A DNA stretch of 61,446 nucleotides from Clostridiaceae bacterium DTU059 (lineage in GTDB: Bacteria; Bacillota; Clostridia; DSM-8532). A program made the position numbers and the translations under genes. The notes under the pieces were generated by a model. The model ran no database searches. It was given only the letters and a program-made list of their open reading frames with translations, and was not told the origin of the DNA. Position 1 is the first letter of the stretch; every line of letters starts with the position of its first letter. The stretch is taken from NCBI GenBank assembly GCA_001512555.1, contig LFSK01000156.1:2695-64140 (forward strand), in the 5' to 3' direction. Positions 44,733 through 56,000 of this stretch are shown in pieces.

Positions 44733-45233
44733 TTGCAGAAGATTGATCCAAATACTCTGGACCTAAAGGAAAAGGTAGTGAATATAAGCCGTGTCACCAA
44801 GGTTGTAAAGGGTGGTAGAAACTTCCGTTTCAGCGCTCTGGTCGTAGTAGGCGACGAAAATGGATATGTGGGTGTCGGCAGCGGAAAGGCAACAGAAATT
44901 CCTGATGCTATTCGTAAGGGTATCGAGGATGCAAAGAAGAACCTGATCTTCATACCCATGGAGAACACTACAATTCCTCATGAGATTGTGGGTGTATACG
45001 GTGCAGGCAAGGTTTTACTGAAGCCGGGTCAGGAAGGTACCGGTGTTATTGCCGGCGGACCTGTGAGAGCCGTTTTGGAACTTGCGGGTGTACGCGATAT
45101 TTACACCAAATCTTTGGGATCCAATAATCCGACCAATATGGTCAGAGCCACCATGGACGGACTTTCAAGGCTGATGACCCTTGAGAAGGTGGCTAAGCTC
45201 AGAGGCAAGAGCGTTGAAGAAATCCGGGATTAG
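44733..45233 (+). CDS. rpsE: 30S ribosomal protein S5
   Basis: [15 protein letters not shown]; TTG start. Confidence 0.99.
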   Translation: MQKIDPNTLDLKEKVVNISRVTKVVKGGRNFRFSALVVVGDENGYVGVGSGKATEIPDAIRKGIEDAKKNLIFIPMENTTIPHEIVGVYGAGKVLLKPGQEGTGVIAGGPVRAVLELAGVRDIYTKSLGSNNPTNMVRATMDGLSRLMTLEKVAKLRGKSVEEIRD

Positions 45234-45246
45234 GAGGTAGCTTTCA

Positions 45247-45426
45247 ATGGGCAATTTAAAAATTACTCTGAAAAAGAGTACAATAAAGGCAAAACAGGAT
45301 CAGAAGGCTACGATAGCCGCTCTCGGTCTTCGCAAAATTGGACAGACCGTTGAACAGAAGGACAATCCTCAGATTCGCGGAATGATCGAAAAGGTATCAC
45401 ATCTTGTGAGTGTTGAGGAAGCGTAA
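45247..45426 (+). CDS. rpmD: 50S ribosomal protein L30
   Basis: Not in ORF track; translated manually as [47 protein letters not shown] (59 aa). Confidence 0.96.
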   Translation: MGNLKITLKKSTIKAKQDQKATIAALGLRKIGQTVEQKDNPQIRGMIEKVSHLVSVEEA

Positions 45427-45440
45427 AGGAGGTGCAACCG

Positions 45441-45881
45441 GTGAGCTTGCATGAATTGAAACCTGGAGCGCCTAATAAGGCTCCCAAGAGAAAAGGAAGA
45501 GGCTACGGTTCTGGTAATGGTTTGACTGCCGGCAGGGGATCAAAAGGTCAGAAGGCAAGATCTGGCGGCGGTGTAAAACCAGGCTTTGAAGGCGGCCAGA
45601 TGCCTCTTTATAGAAGAGTCCCCAAGAGAGGCTTTAACAACTATGAATTCAGAAAGGTGTATACCGAAGTGAAGCTATCAGACCTGGAGGTCTTTGAGAA
45701 TGGCACTGAGGTTACAGCCGAACTCTTAAAGGCAAACGGTATTATCAAGAAGATCAATGACGGCATCGTCATTTTAGGTAACGGCAATCTGACAAAGAAA
45801 TTGAATGTTAAGGCTGCCAGATTTACAAAAACAGCTTCCGAAAAGATTCAAGCTTTAGGAGGAAAGGCAGAGGTGGTATAA
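45441..45881 (+). CDS. rplO: 50S ribosomal protein L15
   Basis: [16 protein letters not shown]; GTG start. Confidence 0.98.
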   Translation: MSLHELKPGAPNKAPKRKGRGYGSGNGLTAGRGSKGQKARSGGGVKPGFEGGQMPLYRRVPKRGFNNYEFRKVYTEVKLSDLEVFENGTEVTAELLKANGIIKKINDGIVILGNGNLTKKLNVKAARFTKTASEKIQALGGKAEVV

Positions 45882-47174
45882 ATGGAAAACTTTCTGACCC
45901 CACTCAAAAGCGCCTGGAAAATTCCGGATCTGAGGAAGAAGATCCTGGCAAGTTTCTTGCTTCTTCTTGTCTATCGAGTGGGTGTGTACATCCCTGTCCC
46001 CGGACTGAGTGATGTAGCACTGAGAGAATTGGCCCAAGGCCAAGGTGGACTGTTCGGGTTCCTGAACATTATTGGCGGCGGCGCGTTTGAACGGGCAAGT
46101 ATTTTTGCCATGTCCATCACTCCTTATATTAACGCATCAATTATTATGCAGCTATTGACCATAGCCATTCCCGCTCTGGAACGACTCCAGAAGGAAGGCG
46201 AGGAAGGAAGAAAGAAGCTGGCCCAGTGGGTGCGCTACGGAACAGTGATACTTGGTTTTGTTCAGGCCACTTTCACATATATTGGGTTCAAGAGTGCTAT
46301 TGTGAAGCCCAGCGTTATTTCATTCCTGACTATCACCTTTGCTCTTACTGCAGGTACTGCCTTTATCATGTGGTTGGGCGAGCAGATAAATGAATATGGA
46401 ATAGGCAATGGTATATCGCTTATCATCTTTGTCAACATTATTTCAAGAGCTCCTGATGGAGCAAGCGTACTGTACGGCATTGTGAAGGCATATGCCTATG
46501 ATGGGAAGCTTGCCATTGGTATACTGGTAATGGCAGCTATTGTGGTGGTCTTTGTGGCCGTCATCGTGTTTGTCATTTGGGTTACACAGGCAGAGAGAAG
46601 GATCCCTGTTCAGTATGCCAAGAGAGTGGTTGGAAGGAAAATGTATGGAGGCCAGAGTACACATATCCCAATGAAGGTGAATGTGGCTGGTGTTATCCCC
46701 ATCATCTTTGCCATGTCTATACTGGCATTCTTCCCCACCATTATTGGTCTGGTGGCGCCCAATACAACCAGCAAGTTCCTTCTGGCGCTCATGAACTTTA
46801 ACAGGAGCCCGGTATATATGCTGGTGTACGGACTGCTCATCCTGTTCTTCACCTTTTTCTACACCATCATGGTGTTTAATCCGGTGGAGCTGGCAAACAA
46901 CATCAGGAAAAACGGCGGGTTTATTCCAGGCATACGCCCGGGTAAGCCAACCTCGGACTATATTGCAAAGGTACTGAATCGCATTACATGGTTCGGTGCA
47001 TTCTTCCTGGCTCTGGTTGCTGTATTACCCATCTTGCTTGGGTTCATCACTGGTCTTCACAACATGTGGTTTGGCGGTACTTCTGTACTTATTATGGTTG
47101 GTGTTGCCCTGGATACCATGAAGCAGGTTGAATCACAGCTGATGATGAGACATTACAAAGGTTTTCTGGATTAG
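45882..47174 (+). CDS. secY: Preprotein translocase SecY
   Basis: ITPYINASII, GIGNGISLIIF, IPGIRPG, GGTSVLI. Confidence 0.99.
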   Translation: MENFLTPLKSAWKIPDLRKKILASFLLLLVYRVGVYIPVPGLSDVALRELAQGQGGLFGFLNIIGGGAFERASIFAMSITPYINASIIMQLLTIAIPALERLQKEGEEGRKKLAQWVRYGTVILGFVQATFTYIGFKSAIVKPSVISFLTITFALTAGTAFIMWLGEQINEYGIGNGISLIIFVNIISRAPDGASVLYGIVKAYAYDGKLAIGILVMAAIVVVFVAVIVFVIWVTQAERRIPVQYAKRVVGRKMYGGQSTHIPMKVNVAGVIPIIFAMSILAFFPTIIGLVAPNTTSKFLLALMNFNRSPVYMLVYGLLILFFTFFYTIMVFNPVELANNIRKNGGFIPGIRPGKPTSDYIAKVLNRITWFGAFFLALVAVLPILLGFITGLHNMWFGGTSVLIMVGVALDTMKQVESQLMMRHYKGFLD

Positions 47175-47290
47175 AACAAAGTTGCGGTACAAAATGGCGG
47201 ATGATTGTACCATCCGCTATTGCCGCTTCTGTTGGTTAATTTGACATGATTGCTTGCTAAATACTTTGATGAATGAGGCAGGTCTTTTAT

Positions 47291-47947
47291 ATGAGATTAA
47301 TACTTCTGGGCCCACCCGGAGCAGGCAAGGGAACCCAGGCTGCATTGTTGTCCGGAGCTCTCAAGGTTCCCCATATATCGACGGGTGATATCTTCAGGTC
47401 AAATATCAAGGAGAAAACCGAGCTTGGCAAGCTGGTTTCGGGGATTCTCGAATCGGGCGGGCTGGTTCCTGATGATGTGACCTGTGAGATTGTCAAGGAC
47501 AGACTGATGAAGGACGATTGCCGTAACGGCTTTATTATGGATGGTTTTCCCAGGACCCTTCCTCAGGCTGAGATGTTTGAGAGTATGTTGGGAGAAAACA
47601 ACCAGAGGATAGACGCAGTGATCAACATATCCCTTGATGACTCTGTGGTTGTAAAACGGATGTCGGGCAGAAGGATGTGCCCCTGCGGGAAGGTATATCA
47701 TGTGTTAAGCCACCCGCCCAGGGAGGAGGGCGTATGTGATTCTTGCGGATCGCCCCTTTATATTAGGGATGACGACCGTGAGGAAACCGTCCTCAACCGC
47801 CTCAAAACCTATCATGATCAGACCAGCCCACTTATTGATTTTTACAGCAGGCGGGGATTGATCATTGAGATTGACGGTGATAAACCGATTGACGCAACTT
47901 TTCAGGATATTTTAACGGCTCTTGGTCGGGAATCGGATGGAGTATGA
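47291..47947 (+). CDS. adk: Adenylate kinase
   Basis: GPPGAGKGT, HISTGD, DGFPRT, Cys-type LID. Confidence 0.98.
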   Translation: MRLILLGPPGAGKGTQAALLSGALKVPHISTGDIFRSNIKEKTELGKLVSGILESGGLVPDDVTCEIVKDRLMKDDCRNGFIMDGFPRTLPQAEMFESMLGENNQRIDAVINISLDDSVVVKRMSGRRMCPCGKVYHVLSHPPREEGVCDSCGSPLYIRDDDREETVLNRLKTYHDQTSPLIDFYSRRGLIIEIDGDKPIDATFQDILTALGRESDGV

Positions 47948-48717
47948 ACATGATCAGTATCAAATCCCAGAGGGAGCTTGACAAGATGAGAAAAGCCGGC
48001 GAGGTTGTCATGCTCGTCCATAAAAGACTGGAAGAGATGATTGCGCCGGGCGTGACCACCAAAGAATTGGACAGGATAGCAGCTGAAGTGATTAAAAGCA
48101 AAGGAGCTGTCCCTTCCTTCAGAGGTGTCCCATGTCCCTATGGTGGTATTGATTTTCCGGGAGTTATATGTGCATCGATCAATAATGAAGTTATTCATGG
48201 CATTCCCGGAGACAGGGTTCTGGAAGACGGCGATATCATCAGTATAGACACAGGTGCCATACTGGACGGTTTTCATGGTGATGCTGCCCGTACATACCCT
48301 GTGGGTTCGGTATCACCTGATGCACTCAGACTGATCAGTGTCACCGAAGAAGCCTTTAACAGAGGGATGGCTCAGGCCGTGGAAGGAAATCGCATAAGGG
48401 ATATTTCCAGAGCGATTCAAAACTTTGTTGAGGAGAATGGCTTTTCGGTGGTAAGGGATTATGTCGGGCATGGTATCGGCAGGGAGATGCATGAGGAACC
48501 ACAGATTCCAAACTATGTATCCTCATACAGGGGAGTCCGGCTTACTGCCGGGATGACCCTTGCAATAGAGCCCATGGTAAATGCCGGCACCTGGCAGGTA
48601 AGTGTACTGGATGACAGATGGACGGTTGTAACCGCCGATAGCAGCTTATCGGCACATCACGAGAATACCATTGCCGTTACTGACAAAGGTCCTGAAATAC
48701 TTACCGCTCTTTATTAA
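47944..48717 (+). CDS. map: Type I methionyl aminopeptidase
   Basis: HGIP, HGDAART, GHGIG, EPM, SAHHE. Confidence 0.97.
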   Translation: MNMISIKSQRELDKMRKAGEVVMLVHKRLEEMIAPGVTTKELDRIAAEVIKSKGAVPSFRGVPCPYGGIDFPGVICASINNEVIHGIPGDRVLEDGDIISIDTGAILDGFHGDAARTYPVGSVSPDALRLISVTEEAFNRGMAQAVEGNRIRDISRAIQNFVEENGFSVVRDYVGHGIGREMHEEPQIPNYVSSYRGVRLTAGMTLAIEPMVNAGTWQVSVLDDRWTVVTADSSLSAHHENTIAVTDKGPEILTALY

Positions 48718-48741
48718 ATTTGCTGAAACTGAATTAGAATG

Positions 48742-48770
48742 TTGAAAAAATAGAGAAGATCATATACAAT
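48742..48770 (+). promoter_or_regulatory. Internal SigA promoter before KOW-infA
   Basis: ttgaaa-N17-tacaat. Confidence 0.6.
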
Positions 48771-48799
48771 ATAGACTTGGGCTTTAGTCCGGAAACGGG

Positions 48800-49105
48800 G
48801 TGAATGGCTTGGATGCCGTAATAGGACGCTTCGTGTGGTCCAAGGCCGGCAGGGATAAAGACAGGCTCTTTATCATTATCGATATTGCAGATGATGCCCA
48901 TGTACTGATTGCAGATGGTGATTTAAGACCTGTAAGTAAACCAAAAAAGAAAAAGCTTAAACATTTGAAGGTTACTCAAAAGATAGCAGAAGAGATATCT
49001 CAAACGGTTATTAATCGGAAAAGGCTTACCGATGACGATTTGAGAAAAGCTGTTCAAGGATATTTAATGGAACTAACGGATGATTCTGTGAGCGAGGAGG
49101 GTTAA
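48800..49105 (+). CDS. KOW-domain RNA-binding protein (L14e-like)
   Basis: [21 protein letters not shown]; typical map-KOW-infA position. Confidence 0.9.
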   Translation: MNGLDAVIGRFVWSKAGRDKDRLFIIIDIADDAHVLIADGDLRPVSKPKKKKLKHLKVTQKIAEEISQTVINRKRLTDDDLRKAVQGYLMELTDDSVSEEG

Positions 49106-49106
49106 A

Positions 49107-49328
49107 GTGTCAAAGGAAGATGTAATAGAACTGGAAGGTACGGTTCTGGAAGCACTGCCGAACGCCATGTTCAGGGTGCAGCTTGAGAACGGGCATATTA
49201 TTCTCGCCCATATATCCGGAAAGCTCAGAATGAATTATATTCGAATTCTTCCTGGAGATAAGGTAACAGTTGAGATGTCCACATATGACCTCTCACGCGG
49301 CAGGATTACATGGAGAGGCAAATCGTGA
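49107..49328 (+). CDS. infA: Translation initiation factor IF-1
   Basis: [22 protein letters not shown]. Confidence 0.99.
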   Translation: MSKEDVIELEGTVLEALPNAMFRVQLENGHIILAHISGKLRMNYIRILPGDKVTVEMSTYDLSRGRITWRGKS

Positions 49329-49361
49329 TTTCTTAAGCCAGCATGATTGGAGGAACAGACT

Positions 49362-49475
49362 ATGAAAGTAAAACCATCGGTTAGAAAAATTTGTGAGAAA
49401 TGCAAGATCATCCGCAGGAAAGGCCGCGTTATGGTCATCTGTGCAAATCCCAAGCATAAGCAGAGACAGGGCTAA
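49362..49475 (+). CDS. rpmJ: 50S ribosomal protein L36
   Basis: Not in ORF track; [37 protein letters not shown]. Confidence 0.98.
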   Translation: MKVKPSVRKICEKCKIIRRKGRVMVICANPKHKQRQG

Positions 49476-49906
49476 GATAAAAGGGATTTTATTGGATTGA
49501 CAGCCGGCGGCCTTCAGGGCGCCGGTAGCAATTCAAAGCCAGGTATCTGGCCGAAAGATAAGTAAAAAGGATGAGCCCCATATTCTGTAAGACTATGGGA
49601 AATACCTCAGCATAAGGGCCATCCGCTTCCATGTTACTGCCTGGATGACGGTTGGCCTTGAAATGAGGGTGGTTTGCGGGTATTTACCGCAGCGGACTCT
49701 TGGGCCGTGTCAATGGATTTCCTTATGATACCAACAGGCCGGTCTAAGTTTGTACAATTTTGGGAAAAATGATTTTTGTATGGCGGCTGATCCCTATGGG
49801 TTATATGAAACTCTGGGGAGCATGCAAAGATCTTTATCATATATTAAGCTAAACCCAAACAGAAACAGCAATTAACAAACAGCTAACCAATCGGAGGTGT
49901 AGTGAA

Positions 49907-50275
49907 TTGGCTCGTATAGCAGGTGTTGACTTGCCAAGAGAAAAAAGAGTTGAAATCGGCCTGACGTATATCTTCGGGATAGGGAGAAGTCGCTCTCTGG
50001 AGATACTCGGGAAAACAGGTGTTAATCCCGATACACGCGTACGCGATTTGACAGATGATGAGATCAGCAAACTCCGCGAAACCATTGAAAAGGAATATAC
50101 CGTTGAAGGTGACCTGAGAAGAGAGGTTGCACTTAACATAAAGCGTCTTGTTGAAATTAGGTGTTATCGCGGAATCAGGCATAGAATGGGTCTGCCGGTT
50201 CGCGGTCAGAGGACCAAGACCAATGCCAGGACCAGAAAGGGTCCCAGAAAGACCATTGCCAATAAGAAGAAGTAA
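49907..50275 (+). CDS. rpsM: 30S ribosomal protein S13
   Basis: [25 protein letters not shown]. Confidence 0.99.
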   Translation: MARIAGVDLPREKRVEIGLTYIFGIGRSRSLEILGKTGVNPDTRVRDLTDDEISKLRETIEKEYTVEGDLRREVALNIKRLVEIRCYRGIRHRMGLPVRGQRTKTNARTRKGPRKTIANKKK

Positions 50276-50296
50276 TCGGGAGGTCGATGGATAAAG

Positions 50297-50692
50297 ATGG
50301 CAGCGAGAGTTGTTAGAAGATCGAGGAAGAGGAAGGAAAAGAAGAATATTGAACGTGGCGCAGCCCATATTCGTTCCTCTTTCAATAATACAATAGTTAC
50401 TATAACCGATGTACAGGGTAATGCTCTTTCCTGGGCAAGCGCAGGCGGGCTTGGTTTCAGGGGTTCTAAGAAGAGCACACCTTTTGCAGCTCAGCAGGCT
50501 GCTGAGACAGCAGCAAGGGCTGCTATGGAACACGGTCTGAAAACCGTTTCGGTTTATGTGAAGGGACCTGGTTCAGGTCGTGAGGCTGCGATCAGGGCGC
50601 TTCAGGCAGCCGGGCTTGAGGTTAATTCCATAAAGGATGTAACCCCGATCCCCCACAATGGCTGTAGACCGCCTAAGAGAAGAAGGGTTTAA
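50297..50692 (+). CDS. rpsK: 30S ribosomal protein S11
   Basis: [19 protein letters not shown]. Confidence 0.99.
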   Translation: MAARVVRRSRKRKEKKNIERGAAHIRSSFNNTIVTITDVQGNALSWASAGGLGFRGSKKSTPFAAQQAAETAARAAMEHGLKTVSVYVKGPGSGREAAIRALQAAGLEVNSIKDVTPIPHNGCRPPKRRRV

Positions 50693-50709
50693 TGGAGGTG
50701 TAGCAATAA

Positions 50710-51336
50710 ATGGCAAGATATACCGATGCATCTTGTAGGCTCTGCAGAAGGGAAGGGCAGAAACTCTTTCTCAAGGGCGAGAGATGTTATGGCAATAAAT
50801 GCGCTATCGGCAGACGGGCTTATGCACCCGGTCAGCATGGCGCACAGAGGAAAAAACTTTCAGAATATGGTTTACAGCTGCGTGAAAAGCAAAAGGCAAA
50901 AAGGTTTTACGGCCTTCTTGAAAGCCAGTTCAGGAAGTATTTTGATATGGCTGCACGCAAGAAGGGTATCACAGGCGAGCTTTTGCTCCAGATACTGGAA
51001 ACCAGACTTGATAACGTGGTTTACAGGATGGGGTTCGGGACAACCCGCGCTGAAGCCCGTCAGCTTGTGAGGCATGGTCATTTCCAGGTTAACGGGAAAC
51101 GTGTGAACATTCCCTCATACCTTGTAAAAGTGAATGATACCATTACCGTAAAGGAAAAAAGCAAGAAACTGGCAAGGTTCAAGGAGATCCTTGATGTTAC
51201 GGGCTCGAAGATTGTACCAAGCTGGCTTGAAGTAGATCAGGAAAACCTTACGGGCAAGGTTGTTGCACTGCCTGCCAGGGAGGATATCGACCTCCAGGTA
51301 CAAGAGCATTTGATCGTAGAGTTGTACTCGAAGTAA
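50710..51336 (+). CDS. rpsD: 30S ribosomal protein S4
   Basis: [21 protein letters not shown]. Confidence 0.99.
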   Translation: MARYTDASCRLCRREGQKLFLKGERCYGNKCAIGRRAYAPGQHGAQRKKLSEYGLQLREKQKAKRFYGLLESQFRKYFDMAARKKGITGELLLQILETRLDNVVYRMGFGTTRAEARQLVRHGHFQVNGKRVNIPSYLVKVNDTITVKEKSKKLARFKEILDVTGSKIVPSWLEVDQENLTGKVVALPAREDIDLQVQEHLIVELYSK

Positions 51337-51386
51337 GCCGATATCTCTTGTGCCCAGAATTCTAATAACCCAAGGAGGGTTGATAA

Positions 51387-52334
51387 ATGATCGAAATTGA
51401 GAAGCCAAGGATTGAATGCGTAGAGAGTGCTGAAGACCATTCCTACGGGAAATTCGTCATAGAGCCCCTGGAGAGAGGTTATGGTATTACGTTGGGGAAT
51501 TCCCTGAGAAGAATATTGCTTTCATCTCTTCCGGGAGTAGCCGTTACGTCCATAAAAATTGACGGTGTGCTGCATGAATTTACCACCATCCCCGGAGTAG
51601 TTGAGGATATGACCGAGATCATCCTTAACGTCAAGGAACTTCGGTTCAAGCTCCACTGTGAGGAGCCCAAGACCCTATATATCGACTATGAAGGGGAAGG
51701 CGAGATAAAGGCGTCTGATATCAAGCCGGATTCAGATGTTGAGATTTTAAATCCGGATTTGCATATCGCTACGGTGAACGGTACAAGCAGGTTCTTTATG
51801 GAGATTAATGTGAGCCATGGCAGGGGATATGTTCCGGCTGAAAGGAACAAGCTTCCCAATCAGCCCATCGGTATCATACCCATTGACTCCATCTATACGC
51901 CTGTGAGAAAGGTTAATTATACTGTTGAGAACACCCGTGTCGGACAGATTACCGACTACGACAAGCTGAGCATCGAAGTGTGGACAGACGGTTCCATTGC
52001 TCCTGATGAAGCCATCAGCCTTGGAGCCAAGATTTTGAGCGATCATCTTGACCTTTTCATAAACCTGACCGACAGGGCTAAGAATGCAGAAATTCTTGTT
52101 GAAAAGGGTGAGCCCGAAAGAGACAAGATTCTGGAGATGACCATCGAGGAACTGGATCTCTCGGTGAGATCATATAACTGTTTGAAGAGAGCCGGCATCA
52201 ATACTGTTGAGGATCTGATCAGCAAGACTGAAGAAGAGATGATGAAGGTCAGGAATCTCGGGCGTAAATCACTTGAAGAAGTGGTTACGAAATTGGATGC
52301 TCTGGGCTTGAAACTTGCTCCATCCGAAGATTAA
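51387..52334 (+). CDS. rpoA: RNA polymerase alpha subunit
   Basis: [28 protein letters not shown]. Confidence 0.99.
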   Translation: MIEIEKPRIECVESAEDHSYGKFVIEPLERGYGITLGNSLRRILLSSLPGVAVTSIKIDGVLHEFTTIPGVVEDMTEIILNVKELRFKLHCEEPKTLYIDYEGEGEIKASDIKPDSDVEILNPDLHIATVNGTSRFFMEINVSHGRGYVPAERNKLPNQPIGIIPIDSIYTPVRKVNYTVENTRVGQITDYDKLSIEVWTDGSIAPDEAISLGAKILSDHLDLFINLTDRAKNAEILVEKGEPERDKILEMTIEELDLSVRSYNCLKRAGINTVEDLISKTEEEMMKVRNLGRKSLEEVVTKLDALGLKLAPSED

Positions 52335-52358
52335 CGAGTACTAGGGAGGGAAATAAAA

Positions 52359-52883
52359 ATGCCTGCACATAGGAAACTAGGACGGCCTACAGATCAGCGC
52401 AAAGCCATGCTGAAGGGCCTGGTAACCTCTCTGATCCAGCATGGCCGGATAGAGACAACCGAAACGAGAGCAAAGGAAGTTAAAAATATCGCTGAGAAAC
52501 TTATTACCCTTGCTGTAAAAGAATGCGATAATTTTACATCCAAGAATGTTAGCGTCAGCGTTCCGGTTGTTGACAGCAAAGGCCGCAAAATGCTGAAGAC
52601 TGTGACCAGCAAGAATGGTAACAAGTATGAAGTGGTAGAGAGGGAAAAGAAAGAAGAACTGAGGACTGTTGATGCTCCTTCAAGGCTTGCAGCAAGAAGG
52701 ATGGTCATGAACTGGGTCTACAGGGTAAAGGATGAGAAGGGTAAAACCATAAGCCTTACCAACAAGCTATTCGATGAGATAGCTCCTAAATATAAGGACA
52801 GAAAAGGCGGATATACCCGTATATACAAACTCGGCCCAAGAAGAGGCGACGGCGCAGAAGTAGTTGTGCTGGAGCTGGTATAA
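52359..52883 (+). CDS. rplQ: 50S ribosomal protein L17 with internal insertion
   Basis: [27 protein letters not shown]; 174 aa. Confidence 0.97.
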   Translation: MPAHRKLGRPTDQRKAMLKGLVTSLIQHGRIETTETRAKEVKNIAEKLITLAVKECDNFTSKNVSVSVPVVDSKGRKMLKTVTSKNGNKYEVVEREKKEELRTVDAPSRLAARRMVMNWVYRVKDEKGKTISLTNKLFDEIAPKYKDRKGGYTRIYKLGPRRGDGAEVVVLELV

Positions 52884-52911
52884 ACGCTATTGAATAATAA
52901 TTGCTTAACCG

Positions 52912-52950
52912 ATGGAGAGCGGGCAGGGATTCCGTTCTCCATTTGTTCTT
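52912..52950 (+). terminator. Terminator after rplQ
   Basis: atggagagcgg..ccgttctccat followed by ttgttcttt. Confidence 0.65.
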
Positions 52951-53019
52951 TACATACCGGCATGATTTTGTCATAGTATTCTTAAGACTTATGGCAACTT
53001 CACTGGTCAGGGGATAAAG

Positions 53020-54783
53020 ATGATTGAGTTCAAGGATGTCTTTTTTGAATACGGATCACAATCTGCAGATCAGCCTGTAACGCAGGCTATTAACGGGGTA
53101 ACCGAACACATCTGTGAGGGCGAATTTGTTGTGGTGCTGGGAAGAAACGGTTCCGGCAAATCCACCATGGCTCGCTTGATGAATGCCCTTTTACTGCCCA
53201 CCGGCGGGACCGTGTGGGTGGAAGGTATGAATACTTCTGAAGGCGAGACGATATGGGAGATCAGAAAAACACTGGGAATGGTCTTTCAGAATCCTGACAA
53301 TCAGATTGTAGCGACAACCGTTGAGGAGGATCTGGCATTTGGTCCCGAAAACCTGGGTGTGGAGCCGTCAGAAATAAGAAAGCGCATTGATGAAGCCGCA
53401 AGATACGTGGGCATGGAAGAGCATATGGGGCATTCTCCCCATATGCTTTCAGGAGGTCAGAAACAGCGCGTCGCCATAGCCGGCATATTGGCCATGGAAC
53501 CGAAATGCATCGTGCTGGATGAATCCACATCAATGCTGGATCCAAAAGGGAGAAAAGAGGTCTTGGATCTTGTCCGGACTCTCAACAGGGACAAAAAAAT
53601 AACCATTATCCTCATCACCCATCACATGGAAGAGGCAGTTTTTGCCGACCGGGTAATGGTCATGGACAGTGGGCGCATTATAATGAAGGGTACTCCAAGG
53701 GAAATTTTTTCACGAGTAGACCAGCTGAAAGAGGCAGGGCTCAGTGTGCCCCATGTCACGCAGCTCATGCATGAACTGAGATTAAGAGGTCTTGTCCGGG
53801 GAGGGACCACTCTTACCCTGGAAGAGGCGGAAGAAAGCCTTAAAAAGGTTCTAGTCAAGGCTGAAAGAAAACCGGATGTCATGCAGAACTCAGCCGTAAC
53901 CCGGGAGTCTGGTGAAGCAATTGTACGGATCAGGGAGCTGACCCATATCTACATGCCCGGAACCACCTTTGAACGAAAAGCCCTGGATGGAGTAAGCATG
54001 GATATCATGAAGGGTGAGATACTGGGCATTATTGGGCATACCGGTTCGGGGAAGTCTACATTGGTTCAGCACTTGAACGGGCTTTTAAAGCCAACCTCTG
54101 GCGGTATAGAAGTTGATGGTCTTGAATACAGCAGCAAAACCCTGAAAGAGCTTCGTCAAAAGGTTGGCCTCATCTTTCAGTACCCGGAACATCAGCTGTT
54201 TGAAGAAACGGTTTACAAGGACATCATATTTGGCCTGACTAAGATGGAACTTCCTGAGGCGGAAATACAAAAACGGGTAAAGCGGGTTCTGGAGATTCTT
54301 GGACTTTCCGAGGAACTCCTGGAAAAATCACCCTTTGAACTTTCCGGAGGCCAGAAAAGAAGGGTTGCCATAGCAGGCGTTCTTGTGATGGAACCGGAGA
54401 TACTGGTGCTGGATGAACCAACCGCCGGGCTTGATCCCCAGGGCAGTGAAGAGGTATTCTCTTTTTTGACTGAGCTGAACAGGTCTAATGGAACTACCAT
54501 ATTGATTATCTCCCACAACATGGATCATATAGCTGCCTATTGCGACCGGATAGCGGTACTCAACAATGGGAGGCTTGAGATGCTGGATACTCCGCGCAGG
54601 GTTTTCAGCCATGAGGAACGCCTTCATAAACTGGGGCTGGATATCCCGGAGATCACACGTCTGTTCCGGAATCTCAACCGTTCAGGGTGTCCGGTGAATG
54701 ACCATGTTCTGACTATTTCAGAAGCAGTTGATGAGATTTCAAACATGGTTACTGAGCAGGAATGGGATATAAAGGGGGAATGA
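53020..54783 (+). CDS. Fused ECF transporter ATPase (EcfA-EcfA')
   Basis: Two ABC domains: [16 protein letters not shown] and [18 protein letters not shown], in one 587-aa frame. Confidence 0.92.
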   Translation: MIEFKDVFFEYGSQSADQPVTQAINGVTEHICEGEFVVVLGRNGSGKSTMARLMNALLLPTGGTVWVEGMNTSEGETIWEIRKTLGMVFQNPDNQIVATTVEEDLAFGPENLGVEPSEIRKRIDEAARYVGMEEHMGHSPHMLSGGQKQRVAIAGILAMEPKCIVLDESTSMLDPKGRKEVLDLVRTLNRDKKITIILITHHMEEAVFADRVMVMDSGRIIMKGTPREIFSRVDQLKEAGLSVPHVTQLMHELRLRGLVRGGTTLTLEEAEESLKKVLVKAERKPDVMQNSAVTRESGEAIVRIRELTHIYMPGTTFERKALDGVSMDIMKGEILGIIGHTGSGKSTLVQHLNGLLKPTSGGIEVDGLEYSSKTLKELRQKVGLIFQYPEHQLFEETVYKDIIFGLTKMELPEAEIQKRVKRVLEILGLSEELLEKSPFELSGGQKRRVAIAGVLVMEPEILVLDEPTAGLDPQGSEEVFSFLTELNRSNGTTILIISHNMDHIAAYCDRIAVLNNGRLEMLDTPRRVFSHEERLHKLGLDIPEITRLFRNLNRSGCPVNDHVLTISEAVDEISNMVTEQEWDIKGE

Positions 54784-54787
54784 TCCT

Positions 54788-55597
54788 GTGATTGGCAATA
54801 TTACTCTCGGGCAGTATATACCCGGTGAATCCATACTGCATAAGCTGGATCCAAGGTTCAAGATCATATGGACAGTCCTTCTCATGGTGGCCGTATTTAT
54901 TATAAATACATGGCAGGAATATGTGATCATGGGTGCCTTTATTGCCCTTTTGCTTGTTATCAGCGATATACCTGTCAAACAATCTCTGAAAGGTATAAAG
55001 CCCCTGGTATTGATTCTTGCCATTACCGCCATTTTGAATATTTTCTTTGTTAAGGGTACACCATTGGTGAAACTGGGCCCTGTTATGATAACCTATGAAG
55101 GGATTATTTCAGCTGTTATGCTGTTCTTCAGGCTGGTGATGCTTGTTGTGGCGGCTTCACTGATGACCCTGACAACCACCCCCATGGCAATGACCGATGG
55201 CATTGAACGCATGATGAAGCCCCTTGAACGCGTAGGTGTTCCTGCTCATGAGATAGCCATGATGATGTCCATAGCTCTTCGCTTTATTCCCACCCTCATG
55301 GAGGAAACTGAGCGAATCATGAAGGCGCAGGCATCAAGGGGGGCAGATTTCGATACGGGAAGCCTGCTTAAAAGGGTTAAAAGCTTTATTCCGGTATTGG
55401 TTCCGCTCTTCGTGAGCGCTTTTAAGCGCGCCGACGAGCTGGCAGAAGCCATGGAAGCAAGATGCTATCATGGAGGCAGGGGCAGGACACGGCTTAAGCA
55501 GATCCGTTTTACCATGCTGGATTTAAGGGCGAGCCTCGCAGGAGTTTTGTTTCTCATGATCCTGTTCGGATCTCGCTTTTTGACGAGTGCCGGCTAA
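54788..55597 (+). CDS. ecfT: ECF transporter transmembrane component T
   Basis: LDPR, LRFIPT, AQASRG, AMEARCY. Confidence 0.95.
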   Translation: MIGNITLGQYIPGESILHKLDPRFKIIWTVLLMVAVFIINTWQEYVIMGAFIALLLVISDIPVKQSLKGIKPLVLILAITAILNIFFVKGTPLVKLGPVMITYEGIISAVMLFFRLVMLVVAASLMTLTTTPMAMTDGIERMMKPLERVGVPAHEIAMMMSIALRFIPTLMEETERIMKAQASRGADFDTGSLLKRVKSFIPVLVPLFVSAFKRADELAEAMEARCYHGGRGRTRLKQIRFTMLDLRASLAGVLFLMILFGSRFLTSAG

Positions 55598-55724
55598 GAA
55601 AACGCTGTTGATCATTATGGACAATGAGTTGTATCATCGGGCAAGAAGGTATATGATATTAAACATATATGAATTAGGGAAGAAGACATAAGACAGTGAG
55701 ATTTTGGGGGGACGATGCGTTATC

Positions 55725-55973
55725 ATGAATATTTCTGTTAGTCTTGTTAAAGAAAAGAGTTATGATCCTGCTTTTACAGTCATGGTAAGCTATGAGGATG
55801 AAAACATTTCATTTAAGAATGTGACGGTAGATGTTTTGAGACAGCCTCCCAGGGTTACTATCCGATATCCTGAGGAAATACAGAGTGTTCTTCCGAAAAT
55901 CAACTCCAAAAAATTGGAGCTGGAGATTCTTAACAAGATCGCCGAGTATCTTCTGAACGCGGGCGGTAGGTAG
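55725..55973 (+). CDS. Small hypothetical protein (82 aa)
   Basis: Own promoter ttgtat-N17-tatgat (55629-55657), gggggg RBS, downstream hairpin 55982-56001. Confidence 0.65.
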   Translation: MNISVSLVKEKSYDPAFTVMVSYEDENISFKNVTVDVLRQPPRVTIRYPEEIQSVLPKINSKKLELEILNKIAEYLLNAGGR

Positions 55974-56000
55974 TAAGTATGAAGTGCCTTTGAGGCACTT

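Noticed and set aside
49497-49525. TTGACA in the rpmJ-rpsM spacer as an internal promoter
   Set aside because: No -10 element at proper spacing (a GC hairpin instead)
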